64,000 nt of DNA from Sphaerodactylus townsendi (lineage: Eukaryota): positions 51,522,001 to 51,586,000 of the forward strand of contig NC_059430.1 of NCBI RefSeq assembly GCF_021028975.2, in the 5' to 3' direction. The translations under genes were made by a program, and so were the position numbers. The notes below the pieces were generated by a model. That model ran no database searches and had not been told where the DNA came from. It saw nothing but the letters and a program-made list of their open reading frames with translations. Shown here piece after piece: positions 49,100-62,769 of this stretch (its first letter is position 1; each line of letters starts with the position of its first letter).

Positions 49100-50045
49100 T
49101 GTTCTGTTGAGGCCACAGTGAAACTATGGAATGTGAAACTTCTTGAAGGTATCAACAGGATTGCCCTTCATTGACCTGCTGTTGGGACATAGCCCAGCCC
49201 CTTGGTTGGATGATCTGAAAAGAGTTTGGATATGTCTTAAAACATGCTGAATCTGACAGATCATGCCAGAGCATATTGTAAGTCCCAATTGGCAGTGATG
49301 GTGACAGAGAAAGGTCTCTTCTCTACTATTATAGCATCAGCTAGTTCACATTCATCCCAATTGTTCAAGGTAGTTGGACCTCTAATGTCCCAGAAACAGA
49401 CAATTAGCTGTGATTTTTTCCCAAGTTTTAGCTGTGATATGGCTATTAGCAGGAGCTAGATGGAGCATGCACATGATTGTCATTTTGCAGACACTCCATT
49501 GGCTGTATATTTGGTATCTAACTCAGTTTAAGGTATTAGCTATCACATACAAAGCCCTTCATGGTCGTGGTCCCTTTTATTTCTGGTACTGCCTCTCCCC
49601 CTATGCTGTGCCACAAGACAACTTCAAGGAGTTTCTGCAGGTGCCAATCTGCAAAATCAACAGCTGGCCATACATGTGCCTCTTCTGTCATGGTTCTCAT
49701 AGATTAGCCTGCCTGAGGAGATCAGGAAAACTCCCATTCTCCTGACTTTCCACAACCAATGCAAAACAGAATTATGCAAGATAGCTTTTCTGTGCACAGT
49801 ATAAAATGGTTCACAAACTCACTTGGATAAATACTCTCATATATAGCTCATTGTGTATGTTCCTGTTATGTAATTTTGTACCACTTAGTGTGTCATGTGA
49901 ATATTTATACTATGCTTCAATCTTTTTGGCAGTTTCACACTTCTAAAATTCTATTGCAGTGGTTATTGAATCTCCCATTTTGTGGACTATACCAACTTCA
50001 CTTCCTGTGAAAAAAGCAAAGAATTAATAATGTAAATATAAATAA
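49100..50045 (+). mobile_element. Decayed L2-type LINE
   Basis: ILQTLHWL...QFKVLAITYKALHGRGP; aaataaat tail at ~50040. Confidence 0.75.
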
Positions 50046-50505
50046 ATCATTTCAAAGATTAATCAAAGATCCAGTGTGGTTAGCATCTCAGACTGACTTG
50101 ACTTCAAATTCCCACTCTGCCATGAAGTTTAATGAGTAGATTTTGCCTCATCATTATAGTGACAACAAAATTCAAAAGAGGAGAATTGCCCTGTAGTGCA
50201 CTGTTTGAATATGTGGGAAATAATCTGAGGAGGGCAGACTGAGTTTTTCTGTTAAGTCTCTCCCGGTTGCACAAGCCTGAAAATATGGGGCTGCTTTTAT
50301 CAGGGGAGAACATTCTAGGAAGAGCTGAGTTTTTCCACCTGAACAGTCAGATGAAAAACTGGCTCATTCATTGATTGGTAAGCTGAATGTGAGCTGAACC
50401 AGCAAGTGCTTAAACATCCCTGTTGATTACTATTCACCTGGCCTTTTATTGATCTCTATGTCATTTTGATCAGTTTTTAATTGCTATTTGAAAGCTGCCA
50501 CTAGA

Positions 50506-50676
50506 NNNNNNNNNNNNNNNNNNNNNNNNNNNNNNNNNNNNNNNNNNNNNNNNNNNNNNNNNNNNNNNNNNNNNNNNNNNNNNNNNNNNNNNNNNNNNNN
50601 NNNNNNNNNNNNNNNNNNNNNNNNNNNNNNNNNNNNNNNNNNNNNNNNNNNNNNNNNNNNNNNNNNNNNNNNNNNN
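50506..50676. other. Assembly gap
   Basis: Run of N. Confidence 1.
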
Positions 50677-51146
50677 GGGTAGGGAACCTTTAACACTCAA
50701 AGAGCCATTTGGACCCATTTTCCACGGGAAAAGAAAACACTTGGAGCCGCAAATAATTTTTGACATTTAACACTGTAAGTATTGTGGTTTTGTACCTTTT
50801 ACTCCACTCATTCTGAGAAGTGCATGGATGCGCCCGCCCTGCTGCCTGCAGGGCGGGCAAGGATGGGGCCAGTGGCTTGGCCTTGCCGGCCACCGGGAAA
50901 GTGCCCGCCCTGGTCGAACGGGTTGGTCGAGAGGGGAAGCCCGCGGCACTGCCCAGCTGGCCACGGGCAATTGGTGCGCCTGCCCTGCAGCCCGTGGCGT
51001 GGCCCAGCCGTCCGCGGGCAGTTGGTGCGTCCGCCCTGCTGCCTGCAGGGCAGGCAAGGATGAAGCCGGCAGCTCGGCTCATGGAGCCGCAGTGCAGGGG
51101 CAGAAGAGCCGCATGCGGCTCTCGAGCCGCAGGTTCCCTACCCCTG
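50677..51146. mobile_element. Non-autonomous hAT-Charlie (MER30-like) MITE, left tip in gap
   Basis: TIR gggtagggaacc...ggttccctacccctg; subterminal gagccgcatgcggctc palindrome; internal repeat ccgccctgctgcctgcagggc(g/a)ggcaaggatg x2. Confidence 0.88.
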
Positions 51147-54100
51147 GTATAAACCAATATATGACTTAACTTCAATGGCAGTCCTTTTCAATTGGGTTGG
51201 TTCCTACATTCAGATTACTTGTGCCTTTTAAATCAATTATGGTCATTTGACATGCAAACAACCAAGCTGAGGATGCCATGGAAAAGGCAGAGGCCACGGA
51301 CTCCTATCCCCAGGACATTATCCACTGTAATATTCCCTTTATCAGTACCACCATCACCACCCAACATGCACACACATTTTAATAGTATGCCTTTACTTCC
51401 GTCTTTCTTCTGGGTTGGCATACAAAAGGGGCTGAGAGAACACAGGGATATTTTGTCATTCAGTCTTAACACAGCTTTGCCAATTGTTTCTTTTTAAATG
51501 TTTTTTTACCAATTGTTTCTACATTTGAAAAAACCTCAGCAATGTCAGGGAACTCTGGACCTCAATGTAATTGACTTGGTTCACCTCGAACAAATAATTT
51601 TCAGTGAAAGCAGTATGAAACCATCACATTGCTGAAAATATAACTGGTTACAGGTCACAGTATCTACAATTCACAGCCTTCTTTTATGTAATTGGCATGA
51701 TAGAATCCAGCTCATTATCAATTATAATTCTGATAAAAAGAGGACATTTGGAACAAATGGAGCTGACTCAATGAGATAAAGATGTAACAGTCCAACCATG
51801 GGGAATTGGCAGTTAACTGTTTCTAACAAGTTTTAATCCCCTTGTTATTATCAAGTCCAACAACCAACGAATAGCAGCAAAATACCACTTATTGTGGAGG
51901 TTTTATTGAATGCCAGTGATTTGTATTATTGGTTTGTTGGTAGCCAGAAAGCTGGCAGTGTACAATTGCAGCATCTGTAACACTCTACAATTAAAGACAG
52001 GAAAAAAGAAGCAATGATGATAAAGAAATAGGACCCTATATTTAAATCAACATGCTATAGGGTTTTTTGGGTGAAGTGGGGCAATTTTCATGCTAGCAAG
52101 TTCAGTTATCCAAGTAGGGCATGTTTTATTCATTATTGTTTACATGGAAAATTCAAAATTCAAAATATTCTGCAGCAAGCTGTGAATTCTAGCTCAAAAG
52201 AATGAACACATGATCATGATTATTAATACCTAGTTAGAATATGGAAGAATTATCTCTAACTTTTCAGACTTTTCCTGGTATTCATTTGAACATTCTATTT
52301 TATGCAAATGCATTTTGAAATGACAGTCAGAGGAAAGGCAGGAAATTAAGTGACGCCGTAATAAGACTACATAAATTCGAATTGTATCAACTTCTGAGGT
52401 AAATTTAAATCCTAACTTTCAAAAATTAATGTTCTTTTTTTAAAAAAAAAATTCAAGTACACATTCCAAATTTGAAAGCAGAAATAAATGTTGCAAAGAA
52501 GAGGTAGAAAATACATATACAGCAAAAAAAGTGAGTTTGCTATTGTGAATTATTTTTTTAAAAAACAGTGCAAATGTTCTTAACTACTGTAGATTATTTT
52601 GTTAAGCGCAAGAGGGGCATGAAACCTCAGCATTTCAAAGGAATGTCCTTGTGAACAATGTTTTCTATCATTTTCTGGCATCAAGAGTGTTTCCACTTTT
52701 TAGTTGTTCCAGTGAGATGTCAAACACCAGACAGATGAAGTAGATTCAACTTACCCAATGCATGACTTGTTTATTTAAAATATTTATATTTTTCCTATCT
52801 TTTTAAACTGAAGGTGGCTAACAAAGCAACATTAGGCTGCAAATGCATAAAAAGCACAATCTAACAATCAATCACCAACATTTTTAAAAGCACTGATGAT
52901 TTAAGAAGTACATCCAGATCTGACAAAACAATCTACCCTTGTGATAGAGGTTAACTCTTTTATCATGAATCTATCACTGCTGTATGCAACAAAGCATTTT
53001 CTGAATTCTTCAAAACTTTGGCTAAACAAAAAGGTTCTTCAAGAGAAAAAATGACATGAATTCTGATGCACAATAATTTAAGAAAATGAAAAATCATTCT
53101 ATATGATAGTAACAAGGCTGAAAAGATACTCTTCTGGGTGGTAATTTTTAGATGTGAAATGTGCATACTAACGTCAAGAACTAGCTCAGCCGTTGGGTTT
53201 CTGTAAATAAAAATAGTTCATGTCATTCCGTTTACACTATAGCCAATCAATGTGTTGACTACGTGCACAGGAGAGTGGGCATGAGAATTCTGGCTCTGCC
53301 TCTTGCTTCTGTGCACGGCTGAGTCCCTTTCATGGTATGAACATGAGAGGAACTGTCCAATATGCATGAAGAAATGCTAACATAAAACTAGGTTTTCCAT
53401 CATTGCATATAATCCCATCTGTAATTAGATATAGTAAAACTTCACCACTGCCATCGATCTAGCAAATGATGAAATCTTCAGCTTAGCAGTGACTAAAGAG
53501 TCAAGCATTCTCTACTGAATGCCATGGTCAAGCTGGCTTTGTGGATGTTGCATGTTTCAGCTTCATGAATGGATAGATGGAACTGCTTGGTGACAAAGAA
53601 TGCCATGATTAAGCATTTGTGAAACATAAAGCAGACATATCAAGGAGAGTCATTAAAAGCAAAGACAATTAGTCAGACTAGAAAAACAATATACAGAGAT
53701 AGACATGTCTAGCCTAGATACACACAGTAGCAACAGTCTGGAACCATTTACTTGTGGATTACTTTTTATCTATTAATAACATTTGAAAAATGACTCCCGA
53801 CCCAAAGCCTCGTTTCATGAGACAAGTATAATGTACAATCTGGAATGCAATCTTGAATATTTTTAATAGCCTTCTTATGATCACAGTTCTTTAAAGCCTG
53901 TCTAAGCCTCTCTGTTTAAATGAAAAAGGGTCCTTAAATTTTTTTTCATTAAGTTAGCAAAAGAAAAAGCATGAAATCCCTTTTTTTCTGATAGCTAAGA
54001 ACCCGTAGATTGCTGGAAAATTTGTGCCTCTTCCCATGTTTTTGGGTTTGTCTCAAATTAATTGATCATTCTTTAGACTTCTTGTAACAGAAAATAACAG

Positions 54101-55409
54101 CCAAATTGATAAACGCATATGGGAAAAGTGGAGAACATTGTCTATCTGGCCAGATTCCTATAGTATGGTATTTTCACATTATGGTTGACAGTTCCCCTGT
54201 CTACATCCCAGAAAAATAATTTACAGTTCCCTTTAGACATATCTCTTTCCTGCTGTGCTTGCCGTTGCCTCTGTGGTTGCTTTTACATTAGTCTGGTTAT
54301 GACTTCTGCCCACCAGGTTTGGCTTCCAGGCTTGTATACAAATCACAGAAATGATGGAACTCCCAAAGGCTAAGCATCTTTTGTGTGGTTTTATTCTTGT
54401 CAAGAGTCTTTATTCATGCCCAGCAGATATGTGTATCACAGGGATGTCATCTAACCAGAGGAGCATTCCAGAAGGCAAGGTCACTAAGAAAGAACCACAC
54501 TGTCAACACTTCTTGAAGTCAACAGCTGTCACTAGCTTGGTCTTCCCACATGACATTGCCTATGAGGTATCACCTTTGCATCTCTAGGAAGTATCCACGC
54601 AGAAGCTGTTGCCTGTGTCACAGAATGATGCTTGGCCTGAAACCATCCAATTTTGTGGTACTTCCCCTATTACATTCATTTTGTGATGGTGCCCCCTTAG
54701 CCTAATTTCTACAGGCTCAATGTGTTTGGAGACTGAAAAATTCCTGCACATTTGGAAGTGGTGCCTATGAAGGGTATCATTTAGGGAAGGATTTTCCTAG
54801 ATTCTATAACAGCATACAGACTATCCTCTGAAGCTATCTGATATCTGAAGATCAGAGGTAATCCTGTGAGAACTCCAGGCTCTACCTGAAGGTTGGCAAA
54901 CCTATTAATGTCCCTCCACTAGCCTTTGTTATGCTGTGCTAGTTTTCTTTTTACAGAGAATTGTTGATGTGAGTGGAGGTGGTCACATTCTGGACTAGGT
55001 GAAGCTTCCAAATTCATCTTCAACAGCATGTGTTTCATCTTTTAGGAAGCATGCACGGAAAATAGAACTACATATCAAATGCATCTGGAAAAGCAACTGC
55101 TTTTTCCTGGGTTGTTAGTTTGTTTGTTTGTTTTTGATAAAGTCTGCTACAGTCTGGGAGGATCCCTAAGCTAGTAACCTGATCTGATACAATTCTACAA
55201 GTAAATCCCTACCACCAGAATTAATTAAATCAACTGTTCAAACTGAAGTGAACCACCAGTTTCATGTCTGAGATGGCAGGCTTTGTATTAACCTGTGTCC
55301 ATTTGCATGCTTGCATATTCAAGACAAAATTTAACCGCTAGAACTCTCAAGAGAGAGAAGAAGCAGAAAGACTCCAAGAACTCACATAAATAACAGCACT
55401 AGAATCAAC

Positions 55410-56040
55410 TAGACCGTAATTGCGACAGAGGGCAGGGCACATGATGAGCTTCAGAGCAATGAGCATGAGTGACCTGGGCCGGCTGGGCGGTCGAGCCACA
55501 CCCGGCCTGATCACGTGATGCGCACAAGTTCAAGGGGTAGAGCACGTTCCCTATATATTAGGCAGCACAAGGTTGCCTTCTTTGATGCCTGGAGCAAACT
55601 GACCCACCCACCCACCCACCCACCCACCCAATTTAGGAAGGGTTTGCTGCTTAATTTATGGCAGCCTTTGCAGTTTGGGCAGAGGAGTGCATCCTTATGG
55701 GGAGGCCGAACTTGCACATGGATCTCCCCGTGGTTGGGGGCCTCCATAAGAGGCTTGGGGTGGGGCGGACTCATGGAGCATGCTGCGGAGGCCTCTGCAA
55801 TCGAGCCTAAAATCCCAGCAGGAAGGAGGCCACAACAGGCGGGTGCCCAGGTGGCCCAGTACCTCTCTGTCCCCCCCCCAATATGGATTGGGGTTGGTGA
55901 CGGTGTCAGCCAAGGGTGCTGACCGGCTGCTCGGATGTGCTCCTCTTGTTTGCCCAGCTTCTGCCTCAATAAAAGGGCTGCAGCCCATTTTAATTCCAAG
56001 ACTTGTCCTGTGGTTATTCACCAGATGGAACTCTTCACAT
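55410..56040 (+). mobile_element. Solo A-B terminal-repeat remnant of a Ngaro-like element
   Basis: TATA ~55552, (CCCA)n, then 3' end gcccagct...aataaaagggctgcagcccatttt, homologous to gcccagct...aataaacgggctgcggcccatt of the 35-kb element. Confidence 0.7.
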
Positions 56041-58064
56041 CTGTGTGCAAATAAAAGAATATAAAATCAGATAGGAGATAGTGATGTGCCTACTAGCGTT
56101 TTTCATCCTGCCTCTCAAATTAATGGTCCAAGAATCAATTGTCTGGCCTGAATACAAATGTACTGTGCCCTTTCTCTAATCCCATACATCTCGAGAGTCA
56201 TAAAAGAAAAGCATCTATTTTAATTCTGAAATAATAATAGTAAACCATATCACGGCCACAGGCTTGAAGCATCCCAGCATCCCAGACCCTCAGTAAAGTG
56301 TATACATCTTTCCTGACCCCATACTCTTGAATGAGCTAGAAACATGAAAACAACCTGATTGCTCCAGTGTAAGAAGTTTGCAGGTTGCAGTCATTCAAAG
56401 TGAAGGGGAAAAATAGGCCAAGTTTATTTCTTTGCAAATTTTTGACAGTTCTATGTTATCCTTGTTAAAAGAGTTCAAATCCACAAAAAGGTGGGGGGAC
56501 AAGGAAAAAAAGGAAAAGTTAAAAGCAAAGTTGCTAACAGACTATCCAATTGCATAAGTCACATGCATTAAAAAATCAGGACCAAAGAAGGGAACATAAA
56601 TCAGTGAGCCCTCCCAGTTTGTGCTTGAGACATTAACTTGGGTTTTATTGCAGCTCTTCTCTGTGGTTTTCAATAAAAACAGCATCTGCTGCATTTTCAG
56701 CACCATGTGATCCAGCCTCCATTTCCAAGGTCTGCACAAGTTCGGAAAGAAATGTGCTCATTTTCAAGGAAGTTGAACCATTGAACCTCCTTTACCACAT
56801 TTTAGAGAGGGGGTGCGAGGATATGTTTTCTGTAATCCAATCATCCCCAGCCCCGTTTTTTTAAGTCAGGCCTCAAATTGTTATTGGTTTCTAAATCAAA
56901 AACACAACTATTGCATTAGAAAAGGAAATCAGAGGAAGAGATGAGAGTGGAGACAGTAGCCAAAGACAGAATTAATAATATTTATATTAGTTGGCCAATT
57001 ATAACATTTTATGACAGAATCTGACTAAACACTTTCTTTAATAGAATAAGACTTTTTGAGAGAATTATTTCCCCAGACTTTGATAGTGAGGCATATGAAA
57101 ATTTCACATATACAGATGTGAAAATATAATCTGTCTTGGGAAACATCTGAGCCAGAGTGCTGAAAAGGCAAAGACATGCTTATGTAACCCACACAAAAAG
57201 AGATATGACAGCATGGACCAACTGGTTACAAGCAAAAATTAGGGCTCATTTGAGGCTGAAAATTATTTCTTCCTGCTTGTACAGCTGGCAGAAGCAGATT
57301 GGCTATTTAAACCTACAGGGAAAGTTCTGGTGGAAATCTCTCTGAAGGGCCACTGGTGGCCAAAAGTAAGCAGAGCCGAGACACAGCAACTCTACTTGAA
57401 CCTCAGGTGATGTTTAGCCCCACCCCTCATCAGCCATGTGTCGAATTGCCCAATAGCCTCCTCCTGTACCACTTTCAATTTGGGGGATTATGCAGTGGGT
57501 ACACTAATGCTGAGAGGCCCTGCAGTGTGCGCTTGTAGCACTGCAGGAACCACTCCACTTGCCTTGCTCCAGGATTTTTTTCACTCCCCAGTTCACACCT
57601 TATAGCTGGGCTGGGTGAGTGATAGTTTGCATTTTTATTTTGTTGCTTTTAAAATTAACAACAAATTCTACCACAACATTATTTCTTAGATTCACATGCA
57701 TTCACCTGAACAAGCCTTCAATATTTATAGTATGATATATTTTTTTAAAGCCTATTCAATAGGATTGAAGGGTCTACTGCTCTCTTGCATCTTGTAAAAT
57801 CAGCACTGCTGGAATGCCTCTAATTTTCTAATGAGGGGTATTAAACAAGAGCCAAAATACCTTTGACCTTCAGATCAAGTGTCTACCCTGGAGGGAGAAC
57901 AATCAGTGTATAGGATTATGATTTGACAGGAGGCAGCTGGAAGAAAAGCTGAGAATTCACATGAAGTAATCCTTGAAAATTGACTTGTGGTAGAACAATC
58001 ATGTCCTTTGGTGAAAAAAAATTAAAATAAAACATAATGAGAAAAATAGGTCTGGTTTCCCAAG

Positions 58065-59486
58065 TAGGGATATATAAAAGAAAAAAAATGATTTAGTTAT
58101 ATTGGACCCCAAAAATATCAATATTCCCAATACTCTTAAATATTATTATGGTATTTGGATTCCTGGGGAGGGGGGGTGTCTGAATTTCTCAGATCCATTA
58201 TTCCCTATGGGAAAAATTTCTGAGTAGCTGGGTGGGGGGAGGGTTTTAAATATACAGGTACCAAAATTGCACTGGAGCTGCTGGTGCCTATCCTTTGAAT
58301 ATCTGCAATGTTTAAAATAGATTGGACCAAGGAAGTCAATTATATGAGCCCCTGGAAGTCGATTCTATGAGCCCCTAGCCATCCCACATTATTTCCTGTG
58401 CAGAAAGTGAAAAACAAACATCAATCTTCTTCCAGGGCAGGCAGCAATCACTGATCAAATGCCTCCCATGGAAGAACCAACAAGCCCAAGAGACCAATTG
58501 CAGAACTCAGTAGTCACAGTAGAACCTCAAGCCAATATGCCAAGCCAAAGTCAAACCAGAGTATCTATACAGGGCAAACTTGTGGGGAGGGGGCACTTTT
58601 TCAAGCCCAGAAGAAACAATTGCAATCTGCAGAAGCCCAGTGGACCCCAGAGCCACTGTGTTAGAGCAAGTCCAACAGAGTAAAACTGGAGAATCTCTTC
58701 AATAGAAACAGAAGAGGAGCACCTTTGCAAGCCCAGCAGAATCAATGGCAATGTACAGATGCCCAACAGTAGTAGTTGTTGTTGTAGTTGTTGTAGTAGT
58801 TTAGATTTATACCCTGCCTTTCTGTTGGCAATACTGTGGTAACACTGTCCTGTAATGAGACTCAAGGCAGCTTACAAATTCCTTTCCCTTCCTCTCCTCA
58901 CAAGGTCACCCAGCAGATTTCATATGCAGGAACGGAGAAACAAATCCAATTCACCAGATGAGAGTCTGCAACTCATATGGAGGAGTGGAAATTCAAACCC
59001 AGTTCTCCAGATTAGAGTATACCTACTTTTAACCACTACACCATCCTGGCTCTCAACAGAACCCAGTGCAAGCTCATCTGGACTAATGTCAAAACAGAGT
59101 ATCCTAGGAAAACAAATCCAAGCAAGGGAAGGAGGGTGACTGTGAAAGTGCAACACTAAAAAAAATGCAAAAACAACACAAAGCAACTCTTGCAAAGGAA
59201 AAAAACCCTCTTGAAATTGACAAAAGCTTCCTGGCAAACCAATAGAAACCTCCATGAGATGCAGAAACAAAGGAGAAAGGGGGTGGTGAGAAAAACAGTC
59301 CCAGGAGCTTGTGGATGCTAGCTCCTGCTCTTTCTGCTTTATCCTAAACACTGATGGGATTTTTCAGGACACTTTTTGGTATCCCAAAAATTCTGCATGT
59401 ATATGGGATGTTGAATATATGTGAAAAATATTAATATCTTTTTCTGATATATTTTCAGCTTGGTTTTACATGAATGTACATCCCTA
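58065..59486. mobile_element. Older non-autonomous hAT (TAGGGAT… ends) containing a nested SINE
   Basis: tagggatatata / tgtacatcccta ends; TSD ttcccaag (58057-58064) / cgcccaag (59487-59494). Confidence 0.6.
58770..59053 (-). mobile_element. Squam3-like SINE with (GTA/GTT)n tail
   Basis: Ends accactacaccatcctggctct; caacag on both flanks. Confidence 0.88.
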
Positions 59487-59779
59487 CGCCCAAGTTGCAA
59501 TGTTTATGTAGAACCTCAAGCCTCCTGTCAGTGATGCAGTTAACAATGAATGAGAACATCTACTGTTGAGAAGTTTACTGCACATGTCTTTGAAAGACTG
59601 CCAAGCACAAAGTCACCCAGTGGGCTGCATAGTTGAGTGGAGAATGGAAGCCAGTTCAGGTTCAATTAATGGGCATAGAAAGGTAGGATAGTGCATAGAA
59701 CTGTATTGTTAGTCTAACATTCTAACTACTATGCCATGTTAACTTTAACTATTAAACCTATAATCACTAAAATGTGTTA

Positions 59780-60060
59780 ACACCAGTGTGGTGAAGTGGT
59801 TAAGAGCGGTGGACTCTAATCTGGAGAACCAGGTTTAATTCACCACTCCTCCGTCTGCGTGGCAGACTCTTATCTGGTGAACTGGATTTGTTTTCCCACT
59901 TCCTACACATTAAACCTTCTGAGTGATCTCTAAACTCTCTCAGCTGCACCTACCTCACAGTGAGTCTGTTGTGGAGAGAGAAAGGAAAAGGAGTTTGTAA
60001 GCCACTTTGAGACTGTACAGAAGAGAAAGGCAGGGTATAAGTCTAGACTCTTCTTCTTCT
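59780..60060 (+). mobile_element. Squam3-like SINE
   Basis: ccagtgtggtgaagtggttaagagcggtggactctaatctggagaacc...ctcttcttcttct tail. Confidence 0.9.
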
Positions 60061-60084
60061 TGTTTGCCCCATTAATATATGAAC

Positions 60085-60800
60085 AACCAGTCAGTCAGTC
60101 AAAACTGTTATTATAGCCAAAGGCTGTTATGACATAAAAATTGTATAAATAAAATAGAAGAAAATAAAAGCAATAAAAAATAAAAATGATGATATAAAAT
60201 ATGTATTAAAATGAGAATTCTTACCCACCAAATGCTAACCTCTAAACATGCCATTAACATACTGTTGGAGTTAATTTGGCCCAGATTTCCTTAGCAGCCA
60301 GGGCAAAAAACACCTCATTATAAGTAATTGGGGGATTAGTATCTGAAAACAAATAGACTAACCAGGCAAACACAAACAGGCACACACACACACATCCAAA
60401 TCCCTCCCCTCCCACCAGTACTGAGTTGAACTAACACATTGGTATATAGGCCTTAAATTTGGTGACAGACATTCAGATAGCAAGTAGAAGTACAGGTTTA
60501 ATGTCAACTGTCTGCTTGAAAGCAAATAATAATAACCAGTTTATGACTTATATAGAAAATGTCATCATATACAGTCTGAACCATTATTTATTTGGCAGTA
60601 AGAACCCCACTGGGCATATTTTGTCTCGGGCATCATTCTTCCAAGCATCCGGAACAATCTACTTCAAGTGCCACCAGCACTATTTTTCACAAACTTCTCA
60701 GAATTTCCAGTATCTTATTTCAGTGCTTTCAGCTGACTGCTTCTCTGAAAATATACATTCAAGACTATATGCCTTTGCTAAGAATATACTCTTCTCAGTA
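60085..60800 (-). mobile_element. Decayed LINE 3' end (…LSDxxPxIT…FALAA type)
   Basis: Minus strand VYLFSDTNPP...FFALAAKEIWAK followed by gcctttggctataataa and (CTGA)n tail. Confidence 0.55.
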
Positions 60801-61889
60801 TATCAGAATAAATGGGTAACGAATGATTAATGAGATATCAGACTAATGATGAAGGAAACAGAATTGGAGACAGCAATGGCAAGGGAACAACAGTAATGAG
60901 AAGGTTAGGCATAGGAAAAGTAGAATGGCAGCAACAGCAACATCTGAATAATGGGGAAAGTATGAAAAAATAACTGGATATAGAAATAACCCTTACCTTA
61001 CTTCAACATAATCTTAATGAACTGATAAAAAGCAATCACTTTTTTATACGTAAAAGATTGAGCATTCCACCCTCTCCCCAAATTTCAGCTATTTGACAAA
61101 CACAATCAGGTTTTTGTCTGGAATGATAAATGGCTATCGAAGCAAAGCAAACTGTTTTTGTGATAATCCTTGGAGATCAACGGTTGCCTTGTTGTTCCGC
61201 TTACATTGGCTGAAGAAACTGAAATGCAAACATACACTCCTCCCTTATTTATAACTGCTGTAAGGAAGGAGATCTTGACTCCCTTCTGAAGGAATAAAAT
61301 AAAGCTTTGCCTGGGACCATATTTGATGTGCAGATGCAATGATCACGGGGTTTGTAATAAAATAAAACTGAACAGCAGAGCAATTATTCTGTTTATTGTA
61401 AACTGGAAAATTCCTAGACATCTGGCTAGAAGAATGTTTTTGCCTATGCAATTGGGTCTTTTTACCTTTGAAAAATGCACATTACACATCTTGCAGAACC
61501 ATGTTCTGACAAACAGTGGTGACTACACAGATGAAAGATAAAATTTTACAGCAAATGCTAATCTGTAAAGAACTGAGGTAGAGCCAAATGTTTGACTCAG
61601 TTGGACATGAAAACTCACATCAGGAGGCCAATGGTTCTCCAAACAGTCCCCTCAGTACTTACCACTTTTTTGTGCCACTGTGCAACTCCAATGAGCAGCT
61701 GAAACTATCCAGGAGTGCCATTAGTGACACGCTCCCACAGCCAGATCTTGTTAGCTTTGTGAGAGGGCATTCTCTTAAAGGAGCAGATTCATAGCTTGGG
61801 AGTGCAAATGTGGGCCTCCTGCTAGAAATCAAGTGAAGGCAATGGCCTAGAGCACCTTTCACCAACTTTGGCTAGCAAGTCAGCTTTGG

Positions 61890-62340
61890 TGTTTTCTGAG
61901 CAGGGAGTGCCTGCACTGGTAATATCTAAATTAGACTTCTGCACTGTGATCAGCTCTTGAAGAGCATCTGGAAGCTATATTTGGTACAGAATGCAATGAC
62001 CAAAATTCTGTCTGGAGTAGGTACCGTAACATTCCATTCTTCTTCCACCTACACTTGCTCCCAATTTGCTTCTGCACCTAGTTCTGGGTGGTGGTATTGA
62101 CCTTAAAAGCCCTATTGACTTAGAACCAGCAGCACCACTTACTCCCATAATAACCTACCCAACCACTATGGTCAGATTCATAGACTCTGCTTCAGGTGCT
62201 TCCCCACAAAATCATCTGAGACTACATAGGTAGCAAGCCAAGAAAAGTCTTTCTCAGTTGTGGCACTATAAATATGGAATTCTCTCTCCAGTGAGATTTG
62301 TCTGCCCCCTTTTATTTTTGTCTTCTGTATGACATTTCCT
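61890..62340 (+). mobile_element. Decayed L2-type LINE fragment
   Basis: KLDFC...LKSIWKLYLVQNA...; later ttctcagttgtggcac...tggaattctct. Confidence 0.65.
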
Positions 62341-62769
62341 TACTGATTTCATATGACCTCTTTCCTACTGATGTGTCAGTATGTTTTGTTTTTGCTTTTA
62401 ATTGTCTGTGCGTGAGTGAATGAGTGAGTAAGTATGCATAAAAACCTTCTTTTACAGCCCAATGGGTGGGAAGAGTCCTGGGAGTGGCATGGGCATGTGC
62501 CAGTGTGTTTGCCTATCCCACCAATGTAAGGAGCACCAACACTAGCAGAGAGAGAAAAGATGTTGGTGGGCAAGCACAGTGAAGCTCTGCAGCACCCAAA
62601 CTCAGAATACCCTGCTGCTTTAGCATAGGAGAGCACGCTGACACAGTGAGGAATGGGTCGGGGCATTCTGGGGGCATTCCATGGGTGAGATGTCCTCCCT
62701 CCCCAGCTGCAGACTTATACCACCAGAAAGTATGGTGTAAGTCTGTTTGGCCCTGTTACCCAGCTTAAC

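Noticed and set aside
59780-59850. tRNA-like sequences (also at 665, 3320, 20130, 46800)
   Set aside because: SINE heads followed by SINE bodies; no cloverleaf evident.
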